Below, piece after piece: positions 28,362-38,499 of a stretch of 64,000 bases of DNA (its first letter is position 1; every line of letters begins with the position of its first letter). A model generated the notes under the pieces. It had not been told where the DNA came from and ran no database searches. It saw nothing but the letters and a program-made list of their open reading frames with translations. A program made the position numbers and the translations under genes. This DNA is from an uncultured Acidobacteriota bacterium (GTDB lineage: Bacteria > Acidobacteriota > Thermoanaerobaculia > Multivoradales > UBA5704), in the NCBI GenBank assembly GCA_963770895.1, contig CAVYRF010000002.1, forward strand, positions 4,640,001 to 4,704,000, given 5' to 3'.

Positions 28362-29186
28362 ATGCCCAACTACCGCCTCACCCTTGAATACGAGGGCACG
28401 CGCTATCACGGATGGCAGGAGCAGCAGAACGCGCGCTCGATCGCCGGCGAGCTGCGGCGGGCGCTGCAGGAGGCGCTGGGCGAGGGCAATGCGCTCAAGG
28501 AGCTGGGGGGAGCGGGGCGCACCGACGCCGGCGTCCACGCCCTGGCTCAGACGGCCCACCTGCGCCTGGCGCGGGCTGTCGATCCGGCGGCGCTGCGGCG
28601 CCAGGTCAACGACCTGCTGCCCGCCGACGTCCACGTGTTGGGCCTGTTGCCGGCTGCCGCCGACTTTCATGCGCGCCATTCGGCGCTTGCCCGCTCCTAC
28701 GTCTACCAGGTTTCGCGCCGGCGCACGGCGCTGGCCAAGCGCTTTGTCTGGTGGGTGAAGCGGCCGCTGGACCCAAGCCGCATGGCGGCTGCCGCGGCGC
28801 TGCTGCCGGGCCGCCACGATTTCCAGCTTTTCTGCGAGCGCCCCGCCGATCAGCCGAGCACCATCGTGGTGGTGGAGCGGGCCGAGGTGGTGGAGGCCGG
28901 CTCGCTCATCCTGGTCCGCCTGGTGGCCTCCCACTTCCTGTGGAAGATGGTCCGCCGCGTCACCGGCGCGCTGGTCCGCGTCGGCACCGGCGAGCTGCCG
29001 GCAGGCGATTTCGCCGCCCTGCTCGCGGGTGGTGGTGGTGGTGGTGGCAGGTCGGCCGGACTGCGGCCGGCCGAGTGGACGGCGCCGCCTTCGGGGCTGT
29101 TTCTGGAGCGGGTGCTGTATCCGGGCGATCCGCCGCTGCCTGGGCTGGCCGCAACCCCGCCTGCCGCACCCGTCCTGAGCGAGTAG
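28362..29186 (+). CDS. truA: tRNA pseudouridine(38-40) synthase
   Basis: 'LEYEGTRYHGWQ', 'GRTDAGVHA', 'FHARHSA', 'FLWKMVR', 'TAPPSGLFL'. Confidence 0.92.
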   Translation: MPNYRLTLEYEGTRYHGWQEQQNARSIAGELRRALQEALGEGNALKELGGAGRTDAGVHALAQTAHLRLARAVDPAALRRQVNDLLPADVHVLGLLPAAADFHARHSALARSYVYQVSRRRTALAKRFVWWVKRPLDPSRMAAAAALLPGRHDFQLFCERPADQPSTIVVVERAEVVEAGSLILVRLVASHFLWKMVRRVTGALVRVGTGELPAGDFAALLAGGGGGGGRSAGLRPAEWTAPPSGLFLERVLYPGDPPLPGLAATPPAAPVLSE

Positions 29187-29194
29187 GCGTCCCC

Positions 29195-29238
29195 AAAAAA
29201 ACAACCGCCCCCTCCCGCCGAAGGGCGGGAGGGGGCGG
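29195..29238 (-). terminator. Rho-independent terminator of the S53 peptidase gene
   Basis: Perfect 15-bp stem 29205-29219/29224-29238, 4-nt loop, followed on the minus strand by TTGTTTTTTT. Confidence 0.85.
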
Positions 29239-29263
29239 GGGAAGAGGGTCGGCTGCCGGTGGC

Positions 29264-32200
29264 CTACTGGCAGTCGGTGACGGTCACATCGTCCAGGAAC
29301 CAGCCGGTGCTCACGTTCGAGCAGTCGGTGATCGTGGTGAAGCCGATGTAGAGCGTCTTGCCGGCGCAACCGGCGCTGCCGCCGGAGATCGCGTTGCAGA
29401 CCGTGTCGAGGTTGACCACGGTGTTGACGAACGAGCTCTGCGAGCCGGTGAACACCGTCGTTCCGGCGGCTCCGGCCGGCGGGCACGCGGCGTTGATGGT
29501 GCCGTTGTAGGACGAGCCCGAGATGATGGCCGAGGCCGGCACCAGAGTGTAGTTGGTGCCGTCGACCGACACGGCGACGGTGCCGCCGTCGTAGCCGGTT
29601 TCGAAGCCGTAGTGGTGCCAGAACGACAGCCGCGTGGTGCCGCCGGTCGAAGCGACCGCGATGCCCGTCGCGCCCTTGGGCTGCGCGAAGGAGAAGCGGT
29701 TGTTGCCGTAGTCGGCGGTGCAGGTGGTGCCGCCGAAGCGGAAGATGTGGGTGCCGTCGTGGGCGGTACAGGCCTGGATGCCGCGCCAGTCGACCGTGCT
29801 GCCGCCGGAGACGAAGATTCCGGTGGTCCAGTCGGACAGGCCCGAGCCGGTCTCGAAGTTATTGGTGTAGAGCGTCGTGTTGGTGCAGCTGGAGCAGGCC
29901 GAGGTGGTGGTCGAGGCCTGGCTGGAGTTGCCCGACGAGCAGCTGCCGTTGCTGGCGGTCACGACGTAGTAGTAGGTCGTGTTGCAGGACAGGCCGGTGT
30001 CGGCGAACGACGTGGTGGTGGAGGTGCCGACGGACGTGTACGGCCCGCCGTTGGTGGTCGAGCGCAGGATCGTGTAGGAGGTGGCGCCGCTGGACGCGGT
30101 CCACGACACGGTGGCGGTCGTCTGGCCGGTCGCCGTGGCGCCGACGCCGGTCGGTGCCGCCGGCGGCGTGCAGGTGGAAGAGGTCACGGTCAGGGTGACC
30201 GTGGTGTTGTGGGTGGTGCCGCCGCCGGTGCCGGTGATGGTGATCGTGTAGTTGCCGGTGACGGTGGTCGACGCGACGGTGAACGTCGCCGTCGAGGTGC
30301 CCGAACCCGGAGCGGCGATCGGGTTGGGGCTGAAGCCGACGGTCACGCCGGTGGGCTGGCCGGCGGCCGACAGCGTGATGGCGTTGTTGAAGCCGCCCGA
30401 CACCGTGGTGGTGACCGTCGAGTGGCCCGAGCTGCCCTGCACCACCGAAACCGACGTCGGCGACGCCGAAATGGTGAAGTTCGGGCTGGCGGTGCCGCCC
30501 CAGTTGTTGATCAGCACGGTGCCGTCGACCGAGCCGACGCCGGTGCACAGGTCGTAGCCGGTGCCGGCGCTGTAGCCGGTGACGCCCGGCACGCTGTTGT
30601 TGCCGCTGGTGATGTCGTGGAACACCGCGGTGCCGCCGCTGCCGTACTGCGCGGTCGCCAGCGGGTAGAGGACGGTGTTGGCGTTGCCCTGGCGGGCGCC
30701 GGTCTTCTGGTTGATCAGGGTCATGATGCCGGCGAACGACGGCGACGCCGCCGAGGTGCCGCCCACCGCCGCAAGGCCGGTGGTGCCGGTGGTGTGGCCC
30801 TGGATGATCAGGTAGCCGTCGTGGCCCGCGGCGGACAGGGAGATGTCAGGGATGTCGCGCACGCCGTCGGCCGGGACGCCCGGCGCCGACTGCCAGGAGG
30901 GCTTGGTGTAGGTCGAGCTCTTGCCGCCGCCGGTCGACCACAGGTCCGAGCCGCCGGAGACGGTGCCGGACTCGTTCCACACCACTTCCGGGATGTAGGA
31001 CAGCGCCGAAGCCTGGGTGGTGGCATTGTTGGTCGAGGACCAGTAGGTGCTGGGGTTGGCGGTGTCGTTGAACTCGGTGCCGCCGACGCAGACGTTGAAG
31101 GGCGTCGAGCAGAGGCCCGAAACCGCCAGGCCGGTGCCGGTGGTGTCGCCGCCCGCGTCGCAGCCCGAAGCGCCGGCGTCGCCGGCCGACACGTTGGAGG
31201 TGATGCCCTCGGTCGCGGCCTGCGACCACAGGCTGTTGTAGAACGACAGCTCGGTCGAGCCCATGTCCGCTTCGCAGCTGCCGAAGCTGGTGCTCATGAC
31301 CGGCGCCACGTTGTTGTCGACGATGTACTGCGCCGAAAGGTCGACGCCGTCGGTGGTGGTCGTGGACTTCGAGATGACCATGTCGACCGTGGCGCCCTTG
31401 GCCACCGCGCCCGACCATTCGACGTCCAGGTCGGCTTCGGTCTCTTCGCCGCCGCCCAGGTCGCCCGGGTCGGTGCCGTTGTGGATGAAGGTGGGGGTGT
31501 TGGCCGGCAGGCCGAACAGGCTGCGGAAGTAGGTCACGTCAGCGGTGGCGATGTCGGTGCGCGCGACGATGGCGACCGCTTCGCCGGTGCCGGTGGTGCC
31601 GGCCGTATAGGCGGTGTTCAGGTCGTAGATCGTTGCGAAGTCGGCCGGGGCCAGGTAGTGGCTGGTGCCGGTGGTGTAGTCCGGGTCGACCTGCTTGACG
31701 CCGTAGTGCAGCGCCTTGCGCGGGAAGCTGTGCAGGGTGACGATGCCGTTGACCAGGCTGGCGATGGCGCGCGGCACGGACGGGTCGATGGTGTTGGCGT
31801 GACGGACGACGCCATCCACCTTGAAGTCGTGGATTTCAGTGCCGAAGGCCTCTTCCACCTGGCCGGCGGTGCCGGAGAAGTTGACCCAGCCGCGGCCGTG
31901 GGCCACTTCGTCGACGGTGAAGCCGTGGCTGGTCAGCCAGTTGACCACGCTCTGCAGGTCGTTGTCGCCGATGCCGAAGCGGGCGCCGAACTGCTCGGGG
32001 GTCAGCCACTGGTGGTACTGCGGGGACGCCGGGTTGTGCAGATTGTCGAGCAGCTGCACCAGGTCGGCCTGCGCTCCGGGACGCAGCGCCAGCGACATGA
32101 TCATGCGCTCCATCGGCAGGCTGGGATCGGTGCGGCCGATCTCGAACTGCCCGCGCGCCAGCTTGTTGACGTTGTTGTGCAGGACGACCCGGTCCGCCTC

Positions 32201-32320
32201 GTTGATCGCGTTGGGCGCGACGGCGGCAGCGCCGGACCGGGCGAAGGCCAGACCCTGGACCAAAAGTACCAGGACCACGGCCAGCCGGGTAAATAGCGGC
32301 AGGATTCGACGGTCAGTCAT
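29264..32320 (-). CDS. Secreted S53 (sedolisin/kumamolisin) peptidase with pro-domain, Ig-like, FN3 and C-terminal beta-sandwich domains
   Basis: Signal peptide, pro-kumamolisin 'YHQWLTPEQFGARFG', 'EADLD', 'SAGDAG', 'GGTSAASP', 'GYDLCTGVGS', FN3 'TTYYYVVTA'; GGAGG RBS. Confidence 0.92.
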   Translation of the reverse strand: MTDRRILPLFTRLAVVLVLLVQGLAFARSGAAAVAPNAINEADRVVLHNNVNKLARGQFEIGRTDPSLPMERMIMSLALRPGAQADLVQLLDNLHNPASPQYHQWLTPEQFGARFGIGDNDLQSVVNWLTSHGFTVDEVAHGRGWVNFSGTAGQVEEAFGTEIHDFKVDGVVRHANTIDPSVPRAIASLVNGIVTLHSFPRKALHYGVKQVDPDYTTGTSHYLAPADFATIYDLNTAYTAGTTGTGEAVAIVARTDIATADVTYFRSLFGLPANTPTFIHNGTDPGDLGGGEETEADLDVEWSGAVAKGATVDMVISKSTTTTDGVDLSAQYIVDNNVAPVMSTSFGSCEADMGSTELSFYNSLWSQAATEGITSNVSAGDAGASGCDAGGDTTGTGLAVSGLCSTPFNVCVGGTEFNDTANPSTYWSSTNNATTQASALSYIPEVVWNESGTVSGGSDLWSTGGGKSSTYTKPSWQSAPGVPADGVRDIPDISLSAAGHDGYLIIQGHTTGTTGLAAVGGTSAASPSFAGIMTLINQKTGARQGNANTVLYPLATAQYGSGGTAVFHDITSGNNSVPGVTGYSAGTGYDLCTGVGSVDGTVLINNWGGTASPNFTISASPTSVSVVQGSSGHSTVTTTVSGGFNNAITLSAAGQPTGVTVGFSPNPIAAPGSGTSTATFTVASTTVTGNYTITITGTGGGTTHNTTVTLTVTSSTCTPPAAPTGVGATATGQTTATVSWTASSGATSYTILRSTTNGGPYTSVGTSTTTSFADTGLSCNTTYYYVVTASNGSCSSGNSSQASTTTSACSSCTNTTLYTNNFETGSGLSDWTTGIFVSGGSTVDWRGIQACTAHDGTHIFRFGGTTCTADYGNNRFSFAQPKGATGIAVASTGGTTRLSFWHHYGFETGYDGGTVAVSVDGTNYTLVPASAIISGSSYNGTINAACPPAGAAGTTVFTGSQSSFVNTVVNLDTVCNAISGGSAGCAGKTLYIGFTTITDCSNVSTGWFLDDVTVTDCQ

Positions 32321-32463
32321 TGAACGACCTCCTCCAAGAGGTTTGGGCACACGCAGCCGCTCCGCCGCATTGCGGAGATCGGCATCAAGAACAGTAAACA
32401 AGAGTTACCGGATGAGCGCTGGTACTCGACTACGCAATCGCGCACAGCTTATACAGGGTCGCG

Positions 32464-32492
32464 AACCTAGCGACTTTCTCGACCGGTGTCAA
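32464..32492 (-). promoter_or_regulatory. Sigma70-type promoter upstream of the S53 peptidase
   Basis: Minus strand TTGACA-N17-TAGGTT. Confidence 0.6.
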
Positions 32493-32684
32493 GCTTGCGG
32501 AATGCACCTTCTGCAGAGTGGGGTGCGCGCGTGTAGCGAAATGTTGACAAAGACGATGAACTTTGATGGCGGGCCGCGAATGGCGGCAGCCCGGCAGGAA
32601 GCCAGGCGGGTCGCGGGCTTCCGCACCCGCGCCGCGGCGGCGAGGTGGTTCCAGACTGCGAGGGCGGCGAGGCTTCGAGGCGGT

Positions 32685-33668
32685 CTAGGCTTCGAGGCCG
32701 GCGACCAGGCTGCCGAAGCGGGCGGGGTCGACGTTGCCTCCCGACAGGACGACGCCGATGCGGCGGCCGGCGACGTCGGGGACCTTGGCGTGGAGAAGCG
32801 CCGCAAAGGCGGCGGCGCCGCCGGGCTCGACCACCAGCTTCATGCGCGAGGCGAGCAGCGCCATGGCCTGGCGCAGCTCCAGGTCGGTGACGGTGGTGAT
32901 CCCCTCGGCCAGGGCGGCGACGATGGGGAAGGTCCGTTCGCCCGGATGGGTGGTCTGCAGGGCGTCGGCGATGGTCACCGGCACCGGGATGGTGACCGGC
33001 TTGCCGGCGGCGAGCGACTGCTGCATGTCGTTGCCGGCCTCGGGCTCCACGCCGTGGATGCGCAGCCGCGGCTGCAGGCCGCGCCCGGCGACCGCGATCC
33101 CCGACAGCAGGCCGCCGCCGCCGCAGGGGGCGACCAGCAGATCCAGATCCGGCACGTCTTCGAGCAGCTCCAGGGCGAGCGTGCCCTGGCCGGCGATCAC
33201 CGCTTCGTCGTCGAAGGGGGGCACCAGCACGGCCTGCCGCTCTGAGACGATGCGCCGCGCGATCGCCTCGCGGTCCTCGGTCGCGCGGTCGTAGAGCACC
33301 ACCGAGGCGCCGTAGCCTTCGGTCGCCGCCACCTTGAGCGCCGGAGCGTCGGACGGCATCACGATCGTCGCCGGCATCGCCAGCTCGCGTGCCGCCAGCG
33401 CCACCGCCTGGGCGTGGTTGCCCGAGGAGAACGCGACCACGCCGCCGACGCGCTGGGCGGCGGAAAGCTGGGTGAGCCGCGAGAAGGCGCCGCGCGCCTT
33501 GAAGGCGCCGATGCGCTGAAAGATCTCGCACTTGAAGAACAGCCGGCATCCCAGGCGCTGGTCGAGCTGGTGTGAGGTGAGGACCGGCGTGCGATGGACG
33601 TGCGCGGCGATGCGCTCGCGCGCCGCGCGGACGTCGGCCAGGGTGACCGGAAGAGGCGGGTTGGTCAT
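32685..33668 (-). CDS. PLP-dependent serine/threonine dehydratase (threo-3-hydroxyaspartate ammonia-lyase-like)
   Basis: 'FKCE.FQRIGAFKARGA', 'SSGNHAQA', 'PCGGGGLLSG', 'LSGGNVD'; no ACT domain. Confidence 0.9.
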   Translation of the reverse strand: MTNPPLPVTLADVRAARERIAAHVHRTPVLTSHQLDQRLGCRLFFKCEIFQRIGAFKARGAFSRLTQLSAAQRVGGVVAFSSGNHAQAVALAARELAMPATIVMPSDAPALKVAATEGYGASVVLYDRATEDREAIARRIVSERQAVLVPPFDDEAVIAGQGTLALELLEDVPDLDLLVAPCGGGGLLSGIAVAGRGLQPRLRIHGVEPEAGNDMQQSLAAGKPVTIPVPVTIADALQTTHPGERTFPIVAALAEGITTVTDLELRQAMALLASRMKLVVEPGGAAAFAALLHAKVPDVAGRRIGVVLSGGNVDPARFGSLVAGLEA

Positions 33669-33788
33669 CTCGCTCCCATGCCGGGGAAGGTTCCCGGACG
33701 CGGCGTCGATTCTATCCGGCCTTGCGGCGCCGCCTGCGGCGCGCGATACTCGTGGCTCAACTGCAGGCAGACTTTGGGGGAAGAGACG

Positions 33789-34172
33789 ATGACGACTCGG
33801 ACGGCGTGGCGTTGGTCGCGAAGGCTGGCCCTGGCTTGTCTGTGCCTGGGGGCGGCGAGCGTGGTGGCGGTGGCGCAGGACCCGGCGGTGGTGGCGCCGA
33901 AGGTGATCAAGGTGAAGCTCGACAACGAGCGCGTGCGGGTGCTGGAAGACATCAGCAATCCCGGCGACGTCGAGCCGATGCACTCGCACCCGGCCAACAT
34001 CGTGTATGTGATCACCGGCGGCAAGGTGCGCTTCACCTTCCCCGACGGCACGACCAAGGAGGCCGAGCTCAAGGCGGGCGACACCCTGTTCCGCGACCCG
34101 GTCACCCATGCCGCGGCCAATATCGGCAAGACCCAGGTGCACCTGATCATCGTCGAGCTCAAGAAGCCCTGA
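33789..34172 (+). CDS. Exported cupin domain protein
   Basis: Signal peptide, 'DNERVRV', 'MHSHP', 'THAAAN'. Confidence 0.8.
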   Translation: MTTRTAWRWSRRLALACLCLGAASVVAVAQDPAVVAPKVIKVKLDNERVRVLEDISNPGDVEPMHSHPANIVYVITGGKVRFTFPDGTTKEAELKAGDTLFRDPVTHAAANIGKTQVHLIIVELKKP

Positions 34173-34333
34173 CGGCCGGGCGGGCGTCGCCGCCCTGCGG
34201 ATCGTTGCCGCCGGCCGCGGCCGCCGGTGCGGTCGGCCCGCGGGCGGCCGTCGCGGCCTGGTGCCGCGGCGGCTGGCGCAGCCTGGCAGCGGGCGGCGCT
34301 GATAGACTCGCGCCGCCAAAAGGGAGAGCGACG

Positions 34334-35950
34334 ATGAGTGAGACGATCCGTATCCGCAGTTACGTCGAGGACCGTTGGGTGGACGGGGAGGGCCAGGGGG
34401 CGCGGCTGCTCAACCCGGCGACCGAAGAGCTGCTCGCCACCGCCTCGACGCAGGGGATCGACCTCGGCGCCGCTCTGGCCCACGCCCGCGCCGTCGGCGG
34501 CGCCAACCTGCGGCGGTTGGGCTTTGCCGCGCGCGCCCAGCTGCTCAAGCGGCTGGGCGGGGTGATGCGCGAGCATCGCGACGAGCTGCTCGACCTGGCG
34601 ATGCGCAACGGCGGCAACACCAAGTCCGACGCCAAGTTCGACGTCGACGGCGCGAGCGGTGCGATCCTCTATTACGCCGGCCTGGGCGCCACCCTGGGCG
34701 ATGGCCAGGCGCTGGCGGCGGGCGACGGGGTGGGGCTGTCGCGCACGACGCCGCTCTGGGGCCAGCACGTCTGGCTGCCGCTGCGCGGCGCGGCGGTGCT
34801 GATCAACGCCTACAACTTTCCCGCCTGGGGCTTCGCCGAAAAGATGGCGTGCGCGCTGCTGGCCGGCATGCCGGTGGTGGTCAAGCCGGCGACGCAGACC
34901 GCGCTGGTGGCCTGGCGCATCGCCGAGCTGTTCGTCCAGAGCGGCGTCCTGCCGCCCGGCGCCTGGACGTTCCTGGCCGGGCCGGCCGGCGACCTGCTGG
35001 ACCACCTGGAGGCCCAGGACGTCCTGGCCTTCACCGGTTCGGCGACGACCGGCAGCCATCTGCGCACGCACCCGCGCGTGCTGGCCAAGGGGGTGCGGGT
35101 CAACGTCGAAGCCGACTCGCTCAACGCCGTCGTGCTGGGGGCCGACGCCCAGCCGGGCTCGCCCACCTGGGACCTGTGCGTGCGCGAGGTGGCGCATGAA
35201 ATGACGCAGAAGACCGGCCAGAAGTGCACCGCCACGCGCCGCTTCCTGGTGCCTGCCGAGCGCCTTGTGGCAGCCCGCCAGGCCCTGGTCGAGCGGCTGG
35301 CGGCGGTGCACGTCGGCGACCCCTTCGCCGCGCAGGTCACCATGGGGCCGCTGGTCAGCGCGGCGCAGCGCGACAGCGTGCGCGAGGGGGTGGCGGCGCT
35401 GGCGCGCGAAGCGGAGATCGTGTTCGGCGACGCGGCGCAGCCGGTCCGCCACGACGGCGGCGACCCGGCGGTCGGCTTCTTCGTCTCGCCGGTGCTGCTC
35501 GCCGTGCCGGCGGGTACCGCCGCGGCAGGCGCCGGCGCGCGCGACTCGCAGGTCCATGGCCGCGAGGTGTTCGGGCCGGTCGCCACGCTGATCCCCTACG
35601 ACGGCACGGCGGATGGGGCAGCGGCCCTGGTGGCCCTGGGCGAAGGGTCGCTGGTGTCCAGCGTGTATTCGGACGACGCCGGCCTGGTGCGCGACCTGCT
35701 GCTCGGCATGGCGCCCTACAACGGCCGCCTGACCGTCGGCTCGGCGGCAACCGCCCCTGAGTCGTGGAGCCCCGGCGCGGTGTTTCCGGCGCTGCTGCAC
35801 GGCGGCCCCGGCCGCGCCGGCGGCGGCGAGGAGCTGGGCGGGCTGGCCGGCGTCCACCGCTACATGCAGCGCACGGCGCTGCAGGGCGCCAGGCCCCTGG
35901 TCGAAGCGGTCTTTGCCGGCGCCGCCGTGGAGCCGGCGAGCGTCAGCTGA
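34334..35950 (+). CDS. 3,4-dehydroadipyl-CoA semialdehyde dehydrogenase-like (BoxD / PaaZ ALDH domain)
   Basis: 'INAYNFPAWG', 'FTGSA', 'VEADSLN', 'KTGQKCTA', 'EVFGPV', 'HGGPGRAGGGEELGG'; no MaoC domain. Confidence 0.85.
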   Translation: MSETIRIRSYVEDRWVDGEGQGARLLNPATEELLATASTQGIDLGAALAHARAVGGANLRRLGFAARAQLLKRLGGVMREHRDELLDLAMRNGGNTKSDAKFDVDGASGAILYYAGLGATLGDGQALAAGDGVGLSRTTPLWGQHVWLPLRGAAVLINAYNFPAWGFAEKMACALLAGMPVVVKPATQTALVAWRIAELFVQSGVLPPGAWTFLAGPAGDLLDHLEAQDVLAFTGSATTGSHLRTHPRVLAKGVRVNVEADSLNAVVLGADAQPGSPTWDLCVREVAHEMTQKTGQKCTATRRFLVPAERLVAARQALVERLAAVHVGDPFAAQVTMGPLVSAAQRDSVREGVAALAREAEIVFGDAAQPVRHDGGDPAVGFFVSPVLLAVPAGTAAAGAGARDSQVHGREVFGPVATLIPYDGTADGAAALVALGEGSLVSSVYSDDAGLVRDLLLGMAPYNGRLTVGSAATAPESWSPGAVFPALLHGGPGRAGGGEELGGLAGVHRYMQRTALQGARPLVEAVFAGAAVEPASVS

Positions 35951-36065
35951 CGCCGGCCCCTGGCCTACGGCCGCGGCAGGACCGGCGCGGCAGGTGGCGG
36001 AACGTCGCGCGCCGGCGAGCGTTAGGATGATCAGACTGCCATTTGCACTGCCAAAGGAGGGAGTC

Positions 36066-37619
36066 GTGACAAAAATGCTCGCTGCCTGCGCGGCTGCGGC
36101 GCTGTTGCTGCTCGCCGGTCCGATGCGCGCCCGCGCCGCCGACAAGAGCGACGGCGACGACGCCAAGAAGGCGCACGCCGAAGCTCCCCAACCCGAATCG
36201 TCGGTCACCCAGCATCAGGCGGTGATCGGCGGCAAGCCGATCCGCTACACCGCGACCGCCGGCACGCTCGTGCTGCGCAACGGCAAGGACGAGCCGGTCG
36301 CAACGGTGGGGTACGTCGCCTACGTGCAGCGCGACACCGCCGACCTGGCGCGGCGCCCGATCACCTTCGCCTACAACGGCGGACCGGGATCGTCGTCGGT
36401 GTGGGTGCACATGGGGGCGCTGGGGCCGCGGCGGGTGGTGACCGGCGACGTCGGCAGCGTGCCGCCGCCGCCCTACCGCGTGGTCGACAACGCCTACAGC
36501 CTGCTCGACAAGACCGACCTGGTGCTGATCGATCCGGTGGGCACCGGTCTGAGCCGCGCCGCCGGCAAGGCGCAGGACAAGGATTTCTGGGGCGTCGACG
36601 AGGATATCGAATCGATCTCCCGCTTCATCAAGCAGTACGTCACCGACAACGGCCGCTGGAACTCGCCCAAGTACCTGTTCGGCGAAAGCTACGGCACCAC
36701 CCGCTCCGCCGGCATCGTGGATTACCTGCAGACGCGTGAAAACATGGCGTTCAACGGCGTCGTGCTGGTCTCCGTGGCGCTCGACTTCGAAGCGATCTTT
36801 TCGTGGAACGGCAACGAGCGCCCCTATGCGCTCTTCCTGCCGACCTTCGCCGCGGTCGCCGCCTACCACCACGCCCTGCCGCACCAGCCCGACAAGCTGG
36901 CGCCGTTCCTGGACGAGGTGCGCGCCTACGCCCTGGGCCCGTACTCGCTGGCGCTGCTCAAGGGTGATCGGCTGTCTGCCGCCGAGCGCGACGCGGTGGC
37001 CGCCAAGCTGCACGAATACACCGGCCTGTCGGTCGACTACATCAAGCTGGCCGACCTGCGCGTGCGCGAAGCCCAATTCACCCAGGAGCTGCTGCGCGAG
37101 CACCGCACGACCGTCGGCCGCCTGGACGCCCGCTTCACCGGCGTCAGCTTCGATCCGCTGGCGGAGGATGCCAACTACGACCCGCAGTCGGCGGCGATCA
37201 GCTCCGCCTACACCGCGGCCTTCTTCGACTACTACCAGAACGAGCTGAACTTCGGCCGCGGCAAGACCTACAACATCCGCAACGGCGACATCTTCACCTC
37301 CTGGAACTGGAAGCACAAAGCCCCCGGCGCCGGCTTTGCCATCCCCTTCCCCAACACCGCGCCCGACCTTGCCCACGCCATCGGCTACAACCCCCACCTG
37401 CGCGTGCTGGTGCTCAACGGGCTCTACGACCTGGCGACCCCCATGCTCGGCACGGAATCGATGATCGATCACCTGGGGTTGGACAGCGACCTGCGCTCGC
37501 ACATCCAGATGAAATACTACGAAGCCGGCCACATGATGTACGTCGACGAACCCTCGCTACGCCAGCTGAAAACCGACGTCGCCACCTTCTTCGACGCCAC
37601 CACCCATCCAGTGCCCTGA
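36066..37619 (+). CDS. Secreted S10 serine carboxypeptidase
   Basis: 'NGGPGSSS', 'IDPVGTGLS', 'GESYG', 'YDLATP', 'AGHMMY'; GGAGG RBS. Confidence 0.9.
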   Translation: MTKMLAACAAAALLLLAGPMRARAADKSDGDDAKKAHAEAPQPESSVTQHQAVIGGKPIRYTATAGTLVLRNGKDEPVATVGYVAYVQRDTADLARRPITFAYNGGPGSSSVWVHMGALGPRRVVTGDVGSVPPPPYRVVDNAYSLLDKTDLVLIDPVGTGLSRAAGKAQDKDFWGVDEDIESISRFIKQYVTDNGRWNSPKYLFGESYGTTRSAGIVDYLQTRENMAFNGVVLVSVALDFEAIFSWNGNERPYALFLPTFAAVAAYHHALPHQPDKLAPFLDEVRAYALGPYSLALLKGDRLSAAERDAVAAKLHEYTGLSVDYIKLADLRVREAQFTQELLREHRTTVGRLDARFTGVSFDPLAEDANYDPQSAAISSAYTAAFFDYYQNELNFGRGKTYNIRNGDIFTSWNWKHKAPGAGFAIPFPNTAPDLAHAIGYNPHLRVLVLNGLYDLATPMLGTESMIDHLGLDSDLRSHIQMKYYEAGHMMYVDEPSLRQLKTDVATFFDATTHPVP

Positions 37620-37668
37620 TTTGCAGGCGGGGGGCCGCCGCTTGGCGTCAAGCCTCGCGGCGGCCAGC

Positions 37669-38409
37669 CTAGCCTGGGTTTCGGGCGTACCAGGCGCAGA
37701 TGCGGGTCAACGGGCAGGCTTCACAGAGCGGAGCGCTCCGCTTGCACACGGTTTGACCGTGCTGGCGCAGCAGCTGGTGCGCGCGCATCAGCCAGCCGAA
37801 GTCGTCTCCCAGCTGGGCCTCCACGGCATGAGCGGTCGAGCGGTATTGGGCGGCGTAATCGTCGTGCTCTTCGCCGAAGCCCAAGCGCATTAGCACTCGC
37901 AGGGCGTTGGAGTCGGGGGCCAGGGTGCGCTTGCCGCCCGCGAGCAGCATGATGCGGTCGGCGCCAGGCTCGCCGATGCCGGGAAAACGGCGCAGCAGGC
38001 GCGCCCCGGTCCCCGCCGCCGCCTGCCGGCGCAGCTCTGCGACGCCCACTTGGGCGGCGATGGCGGCCGCCTTCTGGATCTTGGCGGCACGGTGCGCGGG
38101 CAGCATGCCGCCATCGTCGATCAGCTTCGCCAGCTGGTCGTCGGGCACTGCCAGCAGCGCCTCCGGCGTGATCCCCACCGCCTCGCGCAGGCGTTCGAAT
38201 ACCCGTCGCCGTCGTTCGTCGTCGACCAGGTAGGCCGCGTTCTCCCAAATCACCGCGGCGAAGGGGTCGGCGGCGATCGGCGGCGCCGGCGTGCCGTGGC
38301 TCGCCTCCAGATGTGCCACCACCGCATGCAGGTCCGGCGCCGCGGGGCCTTGGCGCTGCGGCACCCGCTTCGCGTGCGTTCGTTTGCCGTGGCGCTCGTT
38401 GCTATTCAT
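37669..38409 (-). CDS. HhH-GPD / endonuclease III-family DNA glycosylase-like protein with [4Fe-4S] motif
   Basis: HhH 'FPGIGEPGAD', 'PDSN', C-x6-C-x2-C-x5-C. Confidence 0.8.
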   Translation of the reverse strand: MNSNERHGKRTHAKRVPQRQGPAAPDLHAVVAHLEASHGTPAPPIAADPFAAVIWENAAYLVDDERRRRVFERLREAVGITPEALLAVPDDQLAKLIDDGGMLPAHRAAKIQKAAAIAAQVGVAELRRQAAAGTGARLLRRFPGIGEPGADRIMLLAGGKRTLAPDSNALRVLMRLGFGEEHDDYAAQYRSTAHAVEAQLGDDFGWLMRAHQLLRQHGQTVCKRSAPLCEACPLTRICAWYARNPG

Positions 38410-38499
38410 CGATGGCAGTCTGAAATTACATCAGGGCCGGCCCCCGCAAGCATATGCTCTCGCGATGGCCGAGCCGCGTTTGCCGCCGTGTCCGCCACG

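Noticed and set aside
21712-32296. Very long Arg/Gly-rich alternative-frame and antisense ORFs (e.g. 24266..27856, 28412..32296)
   Set aside because: They overlap well-supported genes, have no motifs and are expected from high GC3 bias.
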